DNA of 64,000 nucleotides from Elusimicrobiota bacterium (GCA_044221725.1 JBGAON010000003.1:288001-352000); one strand, 5' to 3'. Counted from the first letter of the stretch, positions 38,491 through 48,958 are shown. The notes: a model not told the origin generated them from the letters alone. Program-made: numbers and translations.

Positions 38491-41400
38491 TTATACCGCT
38501 TTGCGCTTCTTCTCATCTGTTTCATTCGCGTTTCCAGGACGCGGTGGTTGAAAATTTCCTTCGATTTGATCGGACAGCGGAAGGTTCGGGCGCTCGGACG
38601 GATCCATCACGACGGTTTTCTCAATGAAATCGGATGGCGGGATTACCACCGTATCGCGACCCACCGGATTCTGCGGAATCATGTCCATGACCGGTTCTAA
38701 AATCGAATCGCTTTTTGGTTGTTCCGGCATATCAATATTGAATGTGTCCTGTAACTCCGACATAAAATCGACCTTCGACATCTCGGAGGCAACATCATCA
38801 ATCGTGGGCAAATGTGCCACGGTTGCCACGGAAGGATTGTGTGGCGTTTCCACCTGTATCGGCTCCGGCGCCAACGGTTTCTGGATTTGCGGTTCAGGCG
38901 TCTCTTGTGGTTTCGTCTCTGCTGCTTGTGTTTTGCGAGTCGGTCCTGCTAGGGATTCCGGGTTTTCAAGGAAGCGTCTCAAATCGAGCGCCATTTCACC
39001 GGCTGACTGATACCGATCCGCCGGCAATTTTGCGAGAGCCTTATTAATAATCGTCACAAGCCCTGCCGGAATATTCGGATTGAATTCGCGCGGATCCGAA
39101 TGTTCGACGTTCGCGATGCGGTACAAAAGAGCTGGAATGCTGTCGGCCGCAAAAGGTTTTTCACCGGTCAATAATTCGAAAAGCGTGACGCCCAACGAAA
39201 AGATGTCGGCACGGCCGTCGACGGATTTGTTTTGATTCACCTGCTCGGGACTCATGTACGCTGGAGTTCCAAGAACAGCTCCGGTGGCGGTTTTTGACGT
39301 GGCTTGGATGCGCGCGATGCCGAAATCCGTGATCCGAAGCGTTCCATCTTTGAGCATCATTATATTGGCGGGTTTGATGTCCCGATGAACAACGCCTTGT
39401 TTGTGCGCGTAGTCGAGGCCTTCTGCCACTTGTGCTGCAATCTCCACAGCCCGGTTGATTGGTAACAGTTTGCTCTTCTCACAATTCTCTTTAAGGTCAT
39501 GACCGTCCAACAGCTCCATTGCGATGTAGGCCACGTCTTGGTCTTCACCGGCATCGAAAATTCGAATAATGTTCGGATGGGTGAGATTGCCGGCGGATTC
39601 GGCTTCTCGGAAAAAACGCTCTTTGATGCTCTTCGTTTGTGTCTCATCCATATCTTCTTCAAAGCGCAGCGTTTTGATCGCCACTTGCCGATTGATCTTC
39701 GGATCTTTTCCAAGATACACGATTCCCATGGCCCCGCGTCCAAGTTCCTTCATGACCTCATAGCGGCCGAGCGTTGTGTTTTGGCCCAAGCCCTGCACCA
39801 CCACGGTCGCATCGGAACCTTTCTTGCCAATGCCGCCGAACACGGCACCTTCGCCGGCTTTTTTCAGCAACTCAATTTTTTCTTGCACGTCTTTGTATTT
39901 CGGGTCAACGGTCGCAATGTGATCATAAACGGCGGCCGCTTTTGAGAATTGCCGTTTGCGCTCCATGTCGAGGCCGAGGTTGTACAAAAGCTCCTTCATC
40001 GAATCATCGATCGGACAACGGCGAAATTTTTCAAACGCCAAATCGAGCATGCCTTGACCTTGGAAGGAAAGGCCCAGCATTTTGTTCGTTTCGACGCCTT
40101 CGGCTTCAACCAATTCTTTTCCTTTCTCCGTGAACACGAGACGTTTCCCGACAATAACGACGAATCCGGCCACGAGCAGAAACGCGCCGTAAGTGGGGGA
40201 AACCCACAAGCCCTGCTTGACGAACAAGAAAGCGCTGGCTCCGACACACAGACCAAAGCACGCACCGGCAATCGGAATACCGACCCGCGCTTTGAGCATC
40301 GGCAAAACGAGTAACACAACAAGCGCGGCGAGCGCGATCATGCCCCACTCGGCTTTCGCAGCCCAGCGCGGTCGTGAAATAAAATGTTGTGCCAAAATAT
40401 TTTCGATGTGCGTTGACCAAATCTCGAGACCCGTGAAGCTTTCGCCGCTCGGCGTCACAAACGCCGGCGCGAGCCCTGGCGCGGTGACGCCAATCAAAAC
40501 GATTTTGTCGGTCAACGCGCGGTCCGGAATGCCGCCCGACAACACATCGACTGCGGAGAAGCGTTTGAATGTGCCCGCGGGCCCGGCGTACTCAAGATAG
40601 GTCTTCGCGTTCTCATCCATCGGAATCTTTGCCTTGAACAGTGTAAGTCCTTCATCGGCTTTCCACGTGAGCGCGTTGCGTTGCAGTTTTAGAAACTCAC
40701 GAACAATCTCGAGTGCGAAGGAGGGATAAACACTGTCGCCGTAGCGAAAGAGCGGCGCGATGCTGCGAAGGGTTCCGTCCGCGTCGGGCTGCAGATTGCT
40801 TTGCCCAACGGACAACGCCGCCTTCCCAAATTTTTCAAGAGGAAGTACGGCTGCGTTTCCGGCCGGAATGTTCGAATTCGCAGCGCCCACAACATTTAGT
40901 TTTTCGCGGGCAAAAAAATCTGGAAGTTTCTCGAGGTTGTTGCCAAGCGTGTCGCCCGGCTGAAAGTACATGGGCAACACAATGTTGACCGCCTGCTCGA
41001 TTGATTGCGCAAGGATGGAATCCCCGTCGAGTGACGATTGCGCATTTCCGAGATCCTCGGCCAGGAATTCTTCGAATGGGTGGATGTCGATTTTCTTTTT
41101 CTTCATGGCCGCCCGCTGTTTGTCGAGCAGCTCCGAAAACTTGTCGTGCAACTGAGTCAGTTCTTCCAGGCCTTGTGTCTGATCCGGTTCGGTGTAGAAA
41201 ATGTTCAGCCCAATCACTTTTGCGCCGGCACCGATCGTTTCATCCACAAGTTGCGCGACGAGCGACCGTGGCCATGGCCAGCGCCCAAATTGGGCCACCG
41301 AATTTTCATCAATTTCGACAATGCGAATGTCATCGGTCTTCGAGGTGGGGTGTCGGAATCGGCTTAACAGGTCGTAGGTTTTTAGGCTTGCGGTTTCAAT

Positions 41401-41493
41401 TTGCGTTGATTTCTTGAGGTATCCGTAACAAACGAACCCCGTCAATACGAGACCCAACCCAACTTCCACGAGAAATGGCGCTTTTTTGCTCAT
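38491..41493 (-). CDS. CHASE2-domain membrane Ser/Thr protein kinase
   Basis: CHASE2 GRWPWPR and PDADGTLR; three TMs; kinase LGRGAMG, HRDIKPAN, DFGIA and YMSPEQ; low-complexity tail. Confidence 0.93.
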   Translation of the reverse strand: MSKKAPFLVEVGLGLVLTGFVCYGYLKKSTQIETASLKTYDLLSRFRHPTSKTDDIRIVEIDENSVAQFGRWPWPRSLVAQLVDETIGAGAKVIGLNIFYTEPDQTQGLEELTQLHDKFSELLDKQRAAMKKKKIDIHPFEEFLAEDLGNAQSSLDGDSILAQSIEQAVNIVLPMYFQPGDTLGNNLEKLPDFFAREKLNVVGAANSNIPAGNAAVLPLEKFGKAALSVGQSNLQPDADGTLRSIAPLFRYGDSVYPSFALEIVREFLKLQRNALTWKADEGLTLFKAKIPMDENAKTYLEYAGPAGTFKRFSAVDVLSGGIPDRALTDKIVLIGVTAPGLAPAFVTPSGESFTGLEIWSTHIENILAQHFISRPRWAAKAEWGMIALAALVVLLVLPMLKARVGIPIAGACFGLCVGASAFLFVKQGLWVSPTYGAFLLVAGFVVIVGKRLVFTEKGKELVEAEGVETNKMLGLSFQGQGMLDLAFEKFRRCPIDDSMKELLYNLGLDMERKRQFSKAAAVYDHIATVDPKYKDVQEKIELLKKAGEGAVFGGIGKKGSDATVVVQGLGQNTTLGRYEVMKELGRGAMGIVYLGKDPKINRQVAIKTLRFEEDMDETQTKSIKERFFREAESAGNLTHPNIIRIFDAGEDQDVAYIAMELLDGHDLKENCEKSKLLPINRAVEIAAQVAEGLDYAHKQGVVHRDIKPANIMMLKDGTLRITDFGIARIQATSKTATGAVLGTPAYMSPEQVNQNKSVDGRADIFSLGVTLFELLTGEKPFAADSIPALLYRIANVEHSDPREFNPNIPAGLVTIINKALAKLPADRYQSAGEMALDLRRFLENPESLAGPTRKTQAAETKPQETPEPQIQKPLAPEPIQVETPHNPSVATVAHLPTIDDVASEMSKVDFMSELQDTFNIDMPEQPKSDSILEPVMDMIPQNPVGRDTVVIPPSDFIEKTVVMDPSERPNLPLSDQIEGNFQPPRPGNANETDEKKRKAV

Positions 41494-41544
41494 GCTCGAT
41501 AAAAGTAACGGGCAAATCGAGGGTTTTCAAGACCCTCTTATTAT

Positions 41545-42288
41545 TTAGTTCGTGAGTTTTTTCAAGTATTCCTTCGTGAAATACTTGTCAGGGAGGGGGG
41601 CGACGATCATTTTGTCGTAAATTAGCACCGAATATTGGTCTTTGTTGACGGCGTCGCGCATCGTGAGTTTGGTGGGACGTAGCCCGCCGCCAAATTCCTT
41701 GTACGCTTCGTAGGTGCAAATTTTTAATAGCCGTCCAGAGAACGCGTAAAATTCGGCTTGGTAGGGACGGTAGTTCTTAACATCGACCCACAGGACCGCG
41801 CGGCCGTAGGTCACGTTTTCATTTTTAGCGGTCAGCATCAGCGTGTAATACTTCCGACCTTTCATTTCTTTTATCTTGATCAGTTCCGCGTCATAATCGG
41901 CCGAAAAGTTTGTGCGCGCGAGGTCGCCGTTCGCCACGTCGCCCGTGAGTCTTTCTTGCGCGGAAATCCGAATTGGCTTTGATACGTTCGGCATGAAGGC
42001 CCAAAAATTTTCGGTGTTCATAAGCAGCACCCGCCCTTTGTCGATGGCGGGTTCCAGCGTTTTCACGATGGCGTTTTCGCGGCCCTTCACCATTACGGAG
42101 TAAAGAGAATTGGCGGGCGCTCGATTCGGTTTAATGCTTGTCACCTTCACCTGCACCGTGTAATCGAGTTGGGGATTTCGTACTTCGTCGCACTTCGCGA
42201 CAATAGAGTTCGCGTCCGGTTCCGCTGCAAAGCTCGGAACAAAAACGAATCCAAAAATGATTGCTGGGATTAAGCGACCGCGGATCAT
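41545..42288 (-). CDS. Outer membrane lipoprotein-sorting protein (LolA-like)
   Basis: Signal peptide; KPIRISAQERLTGDVANGDL, YAFSGRLLK and RPT; ends LPDKYFTKEYL. Confidence 0.8.
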   Translation of the reverse strand: MIRGRLIPAIIFGFVFVPSFAAEPDANSIVAKCDEVRNPQLDYTVQVKVTSIKPNRAPANSLYSVMVKGRENAIVKTLEPAIDKGRVLLMNTENFWAFMPNVSKPIRISAQERLTGDVANGDLARTNFSADYDAELIKIKEMKGRKYYTLMLTAKNENVTYGRAVLWVDVKNYRPYQAEFYAFSGRLLKICTYEAYKEFGGGLRPTKLTMRDAVNKDQYSVLIYDKMIVAPLPDKYFTKEYLKKLTN

Positions 42289-42330
42289 TAACGAATTGTA
42301 ACGGCAAGTCGTTTTCTTATCAACGATTTT

Positions 42331-43284
42331 TTAACCGTTTGCAGCGAGCGGTAGTGAGGACGGAAGTATTTCAGAGAAATCGTATTCCGGATAAATGTTT
42401 TTCAGTGTGACAACTTGCTCCACCGTAAGATCGGAGTGAATCAACGGAGAGGCGTGGATCATTTCCTTTATGTTGTCGGGGGATAACCGAAGCATCCGCT
42501 TAAATTTCTCCGGGGAAGCGGGTGTGCCATAAAAAAGTTTGTAGGCAACGTGCGTTTGCGCTTGCGCCTCCGTTTCTCGAAAATTGAAATGGCGGGCGAT
42601 CGCCGGGTTGTTCCCAGCGATGGCGTAGTCCGTAAGGCCTCCCAGTGGCTGGAATTGGAGAAAATTGTAGAGCGTATCGTGCCGCGGATGGTAGCACGCC
42701 ACTATCTCCGCAATATCTGTTTTTGTGCGCACGTAATCAAAAATGACTTTGAAAAAATTAATGAGAATGAGCATTCGTTTCGACCGGGAAAACGTTTTGC
42801 TCGAAAGCGACCGATCGAATGCCAGAAGCGACGCTTCCGCGATTTGGCCTTTTTGTTTTCGCAGCACGTCGAGCTGTGCTTTGTAGTTTTTATCCATCGG
42901 CACACCGAGCGGCGAATCTTGAATTAACGTGAGCGTTGCGAGCACGTAACGTCGTTTATAAACCACGATGAATGTATGGTTGTTCGGCAATAACTGTTGA
43001 AGAACAAAGCGGGATTGGGTCTGTTGTGGCGCCTGAAGCTTTCGTTTCAAATATTCTTCGTAAACCAGGTGCGAAGCGACTTTGAGTTCTTCCATCGTTT
43101 GAACCGGACGAAATTCAAAATCTCTCATGTGCCAGGATGACAATCCTTTCCAAATCACCTGAAGGAGCGGCAAGGATTTGCCGTTGCTGAGAAAATTGCG
43201 CTGCGGATGGTTGTTTTCAATGAATGGTGCCGTGGCGGTGGCACGAGCGTTTGTCGAGCTGTTCAAGTCCGTGTCATTAAACAT
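42331..43284 (-). CDS. N-acyl amino acid synthase, FeeM-like GNAT (paralogue 1)
   Basis: HLVYEEY, ATLTLIQDSPLGVPMD, conserved Glu in IAEASLLA, HPRHDTLY and NPAIA. Confidence 0.78.
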   Translation of the reverse strand: MFNDTDLNSSTNARATATAPFIENNHPQRNFLSNGKSLPLLQVIWKGLSSWHMRDFEFRPVQTMEELKVASHLVYEEYLKRKLQAPQQTQSRFVLQQLLPNNHTFIVVYKRRYVLATLTLIQDSPLGVPMDKNYKAQLDVLRKQKGQIAEASLLAFDRSLSSKTFSRSKRMLILINFFKVIFDYVRTKTDIAEIVACYHPRHDTLYNFLQFQPLGGLTDYAIAGNNPAIARHFNFRETEAQAQTHVAYKLFYGTPASPEKFKRMLRLSPDNIKEMIHASPLIHSDLTVEQVVTLKNIYPEYDFSEILPSSLPLAANG

Positions 43285-43406
43285 GTTGTTGATTCGCCTC
43301 CCGTTGAAAGTCTAGCGGAATCGTCGTTCGTTACGTCGTGACTTTCGTCATCGCATGAATTCTTGCAACGGTCGTGCCAGAAGAAGCCGCGAAGAAACGC
43401 GTTGTT

Positions 43407-44453
43407 TTATGGGTGGGAAAAGAATTTTTCGAATTGTGTGTGCATACGGGAGGCTTCTTCGTAACCGAAGTCGATCAGACGAGCAATGTAGGAGGATTGA
43501 AACCGAAACGCGCGCGTCGAAAATTTCTTTTTCGTGATATCGCTCGTGTCAGAAAACTCATTGAGCAAGTTTTCGACATCTTTTGAAGGGGTGAGAACTT
43601 TAAGTTCAACGTCTTTCCCTAGCGAGGTTGAGTGCAAATCTCCCGTGAGCGGGTCATGACTTAACGCCTTAATAAGAACCTGGAACAGCAAAGCAGAATC
43701 TGTTTGGAAATCGCTCGGATAGGGATAAAGCGATCTCGGTTTGGGCGGTTGTGTGGAAATCGCCAAGATTTTTTTCGCTCCCATTTGAACGGCGGCCGTG
43801 AGCGGCTTTGTCATGTTAATAGAACCGTCGGCGAAATAATGTTCGTGGATTTTTACGGGCGGAAGAAAAAAAGGCACGCTGCAGCTGGCCACAACGTGTT
43901 GCGGACCGATTTCTTGAGGAAGCCCAATCGAATCGTTAAGGTGCCACGGGGTCACGCGGAGCCCTTCAATAAACCAAACAGGATAACAATGGACAACGTC
44001 CGTGGCTGCGATCGCCAGTCCGAGCGTCGATTCGTACCGGAAGTTCTCCATTAAACTTTGCCGATCAAAGCCCTTGTTAACGATGCGTTCGACCGCCTTT
44101 CCATCGAATAGAGACCAAAAACCTTCTTGTCGATTTAATTTTTTACGTGCATGGCGAAACAAGGACTTAATGAGGTTGGGCAGCGGTTGTTGGTAGTACT
44201 CGGGTACGTGAAAGCTTCTCCACATATCTTCGAGGACCAAGCGCTGCTGAAACGCGTGGGAGGAGCGACAAGCATAAAACGTGGTGTTTAAAGAGCCGCA
44301 TGAAATTCCCGAGAAAATTTGAAACGGGCTCCGTTCCGCTCGACAAAATTTTTCGTGAATATACGTGAGCACGCCGGCTTGATAAGCGCCCATCGCACCG
44401 CCGCCGCTGCACACCAGTCCAAATATCGGATGTTTTTTTTGTTCACTTTCCAT
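43407..44453 (-). CDS. Patatin-like phospholipase/acyl hydrolase
   Basis: SGGGAMGAYQAG; GISCG nucleophile motif; ASCSVPFF; ADGS. Confidence 0.85.
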   Translation of the reverse strand: MESEQKKHPIFGLVCSGGGAMGAYQAGVLTYIHEKFCRAERSPFQIFSGISCGSLNTTFYACRSSHAFQQRLVLEDMWRSFHVPEYYQQPLPNLIKSLFRHARKKLNRQEGFWSLFDGKAVERIVNKGFDRQSLMENFRYESTLGLAIAATDVVHCYPVWFIEGLRVTPWHLNDSIGLPQEIGPQHVVASCSVPFFLPPVKIHEHYFADGSINMTKPLTAAVQMGAKKILAISTQPPKPRSLYPYPSDFQTDSALLFQVLIKALSHDPLTGDLHSTSLGKDVELKVLTPSKDVENLLNEFSDTSDITKKKFSTRAFRFQSSYIARLIDFGYEEASRMHTQFEKFFSHP

Positions 44454-44506
44454 CGCGCACGGTAAGTGTGCGGAGAAAGCGGCCGAGCGTCAAGGAATAG
44501 GTTGGA

Positions 44507-45748
44507 TTAGGAATGCTTCTTTATGGCGAGAACAGCGTTATGTCCACCGAATCCGAACGAGTTCGAAAGCGCGGCATTGATGTGAGCGGAGCGCGCAGAA
44601 TTCGGAACATAGTCCAAATCGCAGTCCGGATCCGGCTGTTCGTAATTAACGGTCGGATGGACCACTTTGTTTTCCATGCAGAGCAGCGTCGCGATCAGTT
44701 CCACACCGCCGGAGGCTCCGAGCAAATGTCCCGTCATTGATTTGGTGGCAGAAACCGGAATTTTTTTGGCGCGATCTCCAAAAACCATTTTTATCGCTTT
44801 CGTTTCGCTTTTGTCATTTAAAGTTGTGGCGGTTCCGTGCGCGTTTATATAGTCGATTTCAACGAATTCCATGTTAGCGTCGCGCAAGGCACCGCGCATC
44901 GCTTGTGCAGCGGCCGTGGCTTCGGGGCCGGGAGACGTGATGTGATAGGCATCGTTCGTGGCGGCGTACCCCGCTAGTTCCGCATAAATTTTTGCTCCGC
45001 GCCTTTTTGCGTGCTCTTCGGTCTCAAGCACAACGACGCCAGCACCCTCTCCCATTACAAATCCTGAACGCTTTCCGTCAAAAGGGCGGCTCGCTCGGTT
45101 CGGTTCGTCATTGAAGTTTGTGGTCATCGCCTTTGCTTGGCAAAAACCCGCAATCGCCGACGCCGTGATGGCGCTCTCCGAGCCACCGGCGAGAATCATG
45201 TCCGCGTCGCCATAGCGCAAATGTCGCAATGCCGACCCAATCGCGTGATTCGCCGTGGCGCATGCTGCTGAAACCGAATAGACGGGGCCCGTGAAGCCTG
45301 TGTGAACAGCAATTTGTCCGGCCGCTCCGTTGGTGACAAACATCGACAGAAGACGAGAGGAAACTTTGCGCGGACCGTCTTTCATGAGAATGGAGTGTTG
45401 CTGTTCAAGCGAAGGCAATCCGCCTATGCCAGATCCCACAATGACGCCAGCCCGGTCAAGCTCAACTTTGGTCAGATCAATTTCAGCATCGTTCAGCGCC
45501 ATACGAGCGGCGCATACTGCAAAAAGGCCAAACCGGTCGAGATGGCGCGACTGCTTCCGGTCAAGGTGATTCAGTGGGTCGAAATTCTGAACTTCCGCGT
45601 CAATCTTGCAAGGAGATTCGCTCGCATCGAAACGGGCGATTTTTCCAACTCCGTTTTTTCCGCCAGCTAGCGCTTTCCAAAAATCGGTGCATCCAATTCC
45701 AATGGGGCTTATTACACCGAGGCCTGTAATAACCACTTTTTTACGCAT
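44507..45748 (-). CDS. fabF: Beta-ketoacyl-ACP synthase II
   Basis: VVITGLG, SAACAT (catalytic Cys), NAHGT, GHLLGA and SNSFGFGGHN. Confidence 0.93.
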   Translation of the reverse strand: MRKKVVITGLGVISPIGIGCTDFWKALAGGKNGVGKIARFDASESPCKIDAEVQNFDPLNHLDRKQSRHLDRFGLFAVCAARMALNDAEIDLTKVELDRAGVIVGSGIGGLPSLEQQHSILMKDGPRKVSSRLLSMFVTNGAAGQIAVHTGFTGPVYSVSAACATANHAIGSALRHLRYGDADMILAGGSESAITASAIAGFCQAKAMTTNFNDEPNRASRPFDGKRSGFVMGEGAGVVVLETEEHAKRRGAKIYAELAGYAATNDAYHITSPGPEATAAAQAMRGALRDANMEFVEIDYINAHGTATTLNDKSETKAIKMVFGDRAKKIPVSATKSMTGHLLGASGGVELIATLLCMENKVVHPTVNYEQPDPDCDLDYVPNSARSAHINAALSNSFGFGGHNAVLAIKKHS

Positions 45749-46047
45749 AGACCTCTGTTAGAAAACTACTCTAAAAGAAGCAACAACTTATCGCGTTGCC
45801 GCCAGTGTTTCGGTGATCGCGCTTGTGATTGGCAAGCTGTATTCGAGAATGCCGAAATCCATTGAAGTTAAAGCCGGCGCATTTCGTCTTGCGGCTTAGA
45901 GTTTGTTATTACCTTCCATTTGGAACGTGCGACCTCGACGGACTGACTCGAAACGACGTTCAACACAAATTGAAACGGGTTCAGTCATTTTGCGGCGCGA
46001 TGAAAATCCTACACAAACAATGTGCCGCCCGAAACGAGCACGCGCTT

Positions 46048-46701
46048 TTAATGATTGGGCGCAACGTTTGGTTTGTCACTCGCTGTTGCCATTGTTTCGG
46101 TGATGAATCCGTTGATCTGTTGGCTGTAATTGATCGTCCCAAACTTTGAAGAAGTAATAAGCCGCGACATTTCTTCCGAAGGGGGTAGCTCCTCCCACTT
46201 TTTCAGTTCCGCCTTAGCTTTTTTTACCGAGCGAAACAGAAAGCAGTTTCGAATGAAGTGGAAGAACACTGTCAGCCCGGTTAGTTTGTGAAAATCTTGA
46301 ATCAACAGCGTCCCACCGGGCGCCAACACTCGTTTAATCCGCAACAAAAGTTCGTCCCGCGTCGCGAATTTATGGAATGAAAGACTGCTTACCACGACGT
46401 CGAACCATTGTTCTTTAAATTCCGCGCTGTTGGACAGATCACTTCGCGTAATTTTCCAGCTCGGACGTGACTTCCTCAGAACTTCTGAGACAAAACCCTC
46501 GTTTGTGCCAACCTCTAATACTTTCAAGCTGTGGTGGTGACCAACGAGATGGAGGATTTTCTCGACGAACTTCAATTGTTCGTCTCGATTTGGGTAATTC
46601 TCTTCGTCCACCATCGTCCCGATTTGAAATTTCGACTCAATCATCTCTTGAAGGTTGACCGGGCGTGATGCTTTCGTCAAGGATTTATCGCGAAAAAACA
46701 A
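46048..46701 (-). CDS. Class I SAM-dependent methyltransferase
   Basis: VLEVGTNEG, FDVVVSSLSFH and RVLAPGG; start uncertain. Confidence 0.75.
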   Translation of the reverse strand: MFFRDKSLTKASRPVNLQEMIESKFQIGTMVDEENYPNRDEQLKFVEKILHLVGHHHSLKVLEVGTNEGFVSEVLRKSRPSWKITRSDLSNSAEFKEQWFDVVVSSLSFHKFATRDELLLRIKRVLAPGGTLLIQDFHKLTGLTVFFHFIRNCFLFRSVKKAKAELKKWEELPPSEEMSRLITSSKFGTINYSQQINGFITETMATASDKPNVAPNH

Positions 46702-46746
46702 CCTAATACTTGTAAATGAATGCGTGACCCAGCATACTTTTTGATT

Positions 46747-48285
46747 ATGGGACGTTCGATCGAGTCGGCATTGAAATTGTGGAAAAAAGTATTGGGACCT
46801 GATTGTGCAGTGAACGACGCCGAAAGCTTGCGAGCTTATTCGAATGACACGACGGTCAATCCTCCAAAAGCTTCTGCGGTTTTAAAACCGAAAGATATTC
46901 AAAGTGTCCAGGCGATCGTCAAGATCGCTAATCATCACCGAGTGCCCATATATCCAATCAGTCGCGGAAAAAATTGGGGCTACGGTGCGGCGTGTCCCGT
47001 AAACGATGGCGACGTGGTTGTGGATTTGAGTGACTTAAACCGAATTGTTGACGTAAACACAGAACTTGCTTATTGCGTGATTGAGCCCGGCGTTACTCAG
47101 CAGCAGCTCTATGACCATTTAACCAACAACAAAATTCCACTTTGGATGGATGTGACCGGTGGTCCACCGGATTCAAGTTTAATTGGAAACGCATTGGAGC
47201 GCGGATTTGGACACACGCCATACGCGGACCATTTCCGGTCCATTTGCGGATTGGAAGTCGTGTTGCCGAGCGGTGAGCTGATCAAAACCGGATTTGGCCA
47301 TTTCCAAAACGCTCAAACGGCGCATCTTTATCCGTACGGTATCGGTCCGTATCTTGACGGGCTATTCACACAATCCAACTTTGGAATTGTCGTGCGAATG
47401 GGAGTTTGGCTCATGCCCAAGCCCGAGACGATGACCGCTTTCTTCGGGAAGATCGAGGATGATGCCGCCTTGCTGCACGTTGTCGAAAAGCTGCGCGTGA
47501 TGAAATTAAATCGTGATCTTCCAGGTTGCCTGCATATTGCGAACGCTCAACGCGTACTTTCCATGGGGGATTCCGCACCAAAAGACGTTAAGGCGTGGAA
47601 TTTTTCCGGCGCCTTTTACGGAGACTCGGCCGACGTCAAACTTAAAACCAGGAAACTTCTCAATCGGCTTCGAGATGTGGCTGAACTAAAATTTGTCGAC
47701 GAGCAAAAACTCAGGATCGCAAAAAAATTTCCGAATGCTTTGAAGACGCTGACCGGAGTCGATTTGCCAAGGATGTTGCCGGCATTGTCTTCTTTCTTTG
47801 GATTGTTGAAAGGTGTCCCGAACGGGCACGCTCTAAAAGGAGCATACTTCAGAAATCCCACGCCGGTACCGAGAAAAAATATCGATGCGGTGCGAGATAA
47901 TTGCGGTCTTTATTGGATTTCTCCGGTGATTCCTGCGCATCCCTCAGCGCTCACGCGCTTTCTAGCGCTTGTACGGCCCATATATAAGATGTTCGACTTC
48001 GATTTTCACGCAACATTGAATCTCGGAGAAGGACGAACCATTTGCGCGATCCTCTCCATTTCGTTCAACAAGTTTGACCACGCCGAAGCCGTTCGGGCGA
48101 GCCGCTGCTACGAAAAACTTTCGCGAGAATTAATTGGGGCTGGGTACGTGCCGTACCGCACCGGCGTGCAATCGATGCGTTCGGTTGTGAAGCGTAACGA
48201 TTCCTTTTGGAAATTCGTGAACACTCTTAAAGAGGGAATCGACCCAAATCAGATTCTTTCGCCAGGGAGATACAACATTGGATAA
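46747..48285 (+). CDS. FAD-linked oxidoreductase, VAO/p-cresol methylhydroxylase flavoprotein family
   Basis: PISRGKNWGYG, IEPGVT, GNALERGFG, YGIGPYLDGLFTQSNFGIV and DPNQILSPG. Confidence 0.88.
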   Translation: MGRSIESALKLWKKVLGPDCAVNDAESLRAYSNDTTVNPPKASAVLKPKDIQSVQAIVKIANHHRVPIYPISRGKNWGYGAACPVNDGDVVVDLSDLNRIVDVNTELAYCVIEPGVTQQQLYDHLTNNKIPLWMDVTGGPPDSSLIGNALERGFGHTPYADHFRSICGLEVVLPSGELIKTGFGHFQNAQTAHLYPYGIGPYLDGLFTQSNFGIVVRMGVWLMPKPETMTAFFGKIEDDAALLHVVEKLRVMKLNRDLPGCLHIANAQRVLSMGDSAPKDVKAWNFSGAFYGDSADVKLKTRKLLNRLRDVAELKFVDEQKLRIAKKFPNALKTLTGVDLPRMLPALSSFFGLLKGVPNGHALKGAYFRNPTPVPRKNIDAVRDNCGLYWISPVIPAHPSALTRFLALVRPIYKMFDFDFHATLNLGEGRTICAILSISFNKFDHAEAVRASRCYEKLSRELIGAGYVPYRTGVQSMRSVVKRNDSFWKFVNTLKEGIDPNQILSPGRYNIG

Positions 48286-48958
48286 ATTGGTAACCATAAA
48301 ATCAGTCACAAAGAATTATTTTCTGGGTAAGCAGACGTCCTCCGCTTTACGCGGAGTAAGCCTCAATATCGAACGCGGCGAATTCTTAGCGATTTCGGGT
48401 CCCTCGGGGAGCGGCAAAACCACCTTGCTGAATCTTATCGGGTGCATAGAAACTCCGACTCAGGGCAGCGTCATTATCGACGGGGTCGACGTAGGAACCC
48501 TAAGCTCGGATCAAAGTGCCGAATTAAAAATGAACAAAATCGGTTTTGTATTTCAGAATTTTAATCTGTTGCCAGTATTGACGGCGCTTGAAAATGTCGA
48601 ATACCCGCTTTTCCTAAAGCATGTTCCAAAGCTGCAGGTGCGAGAGCGGGCACGAAAAGCATTGGCCGATGTCGGGCTTGCTACGCGCGAAAATCACAAG
48701 CCGATGGAGATGAGCGGGGGGCAGCGACAGCGCGTCGCCATTGCGCGCGCCATCGTTTCCCAACCACAACTGGTGTTAGCCGATGAGCCGACGGCAAACC
48801 TCGATCATAGCACCGGGCTTGAGATTTTGGATCTCATGAAATCGATCAATGTTGCAAATCAAACGACCTTCATTTTCGCGACTCATGACCCGAAGGTGAT
48901 CGCTAAAGCATCCCGCAACGTGTCCATGATAGACGGACTTATCGAGGGGGACAAATGA
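48278..48958 (+). CDS. ABC transporter ATP-binding protein (LolD/MacB-like)
   Basis: GPSGSGKT, MSGGQRQR, LADEPTANLD and ATHD. Confidence 0.93.
   Translation: MDKLVTIKSVTKNYFLGKQTSSALRGVSLNIERGEFLAISGPSGSGKTTLLNLIGCIETPTQGSVIIDGVDVGTLSSDQSAELKMNKIGFVFQNFNLLPVLTALENVEYPLFLKHVPKLQVRERARKALADVGLATRENHKPMEMSGGQRQRVAIARAIVSQPQLVLADEPTANLDHSTGLEILDLMKSINVANQTTFIFATHDPKVIAKASRNVSMIDGLIEGDK

Noticed and set aside
36861..41493. Type VI secretion regulatory locus (PpkA/PppA/Fha)
   Set aside because: No tss structural genes in the window; the kinase has a CHASE2 architecture
43407..44453. Patatin as a CBASS CapV-type defence effector
   Set aside because: No CD-NTase or cap genes nearby; the context is lipid biosynthesis
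45762..45899. Plus-strand open stretch (...VSVIALVIGKLYSRMPKSIEVKAGAFRLAA) as a missing ACP or gene remnant
   Set aside because: No convincing start, no DSL phosphopantetheine motif and no recognisable homology
46747..48285. p-cresol catabolism gene pchF
   Set aside because: No cytochrome subunit, aldehyde dehydrogenase or ring-cleavage genes adjacent, so no symbol was assigned
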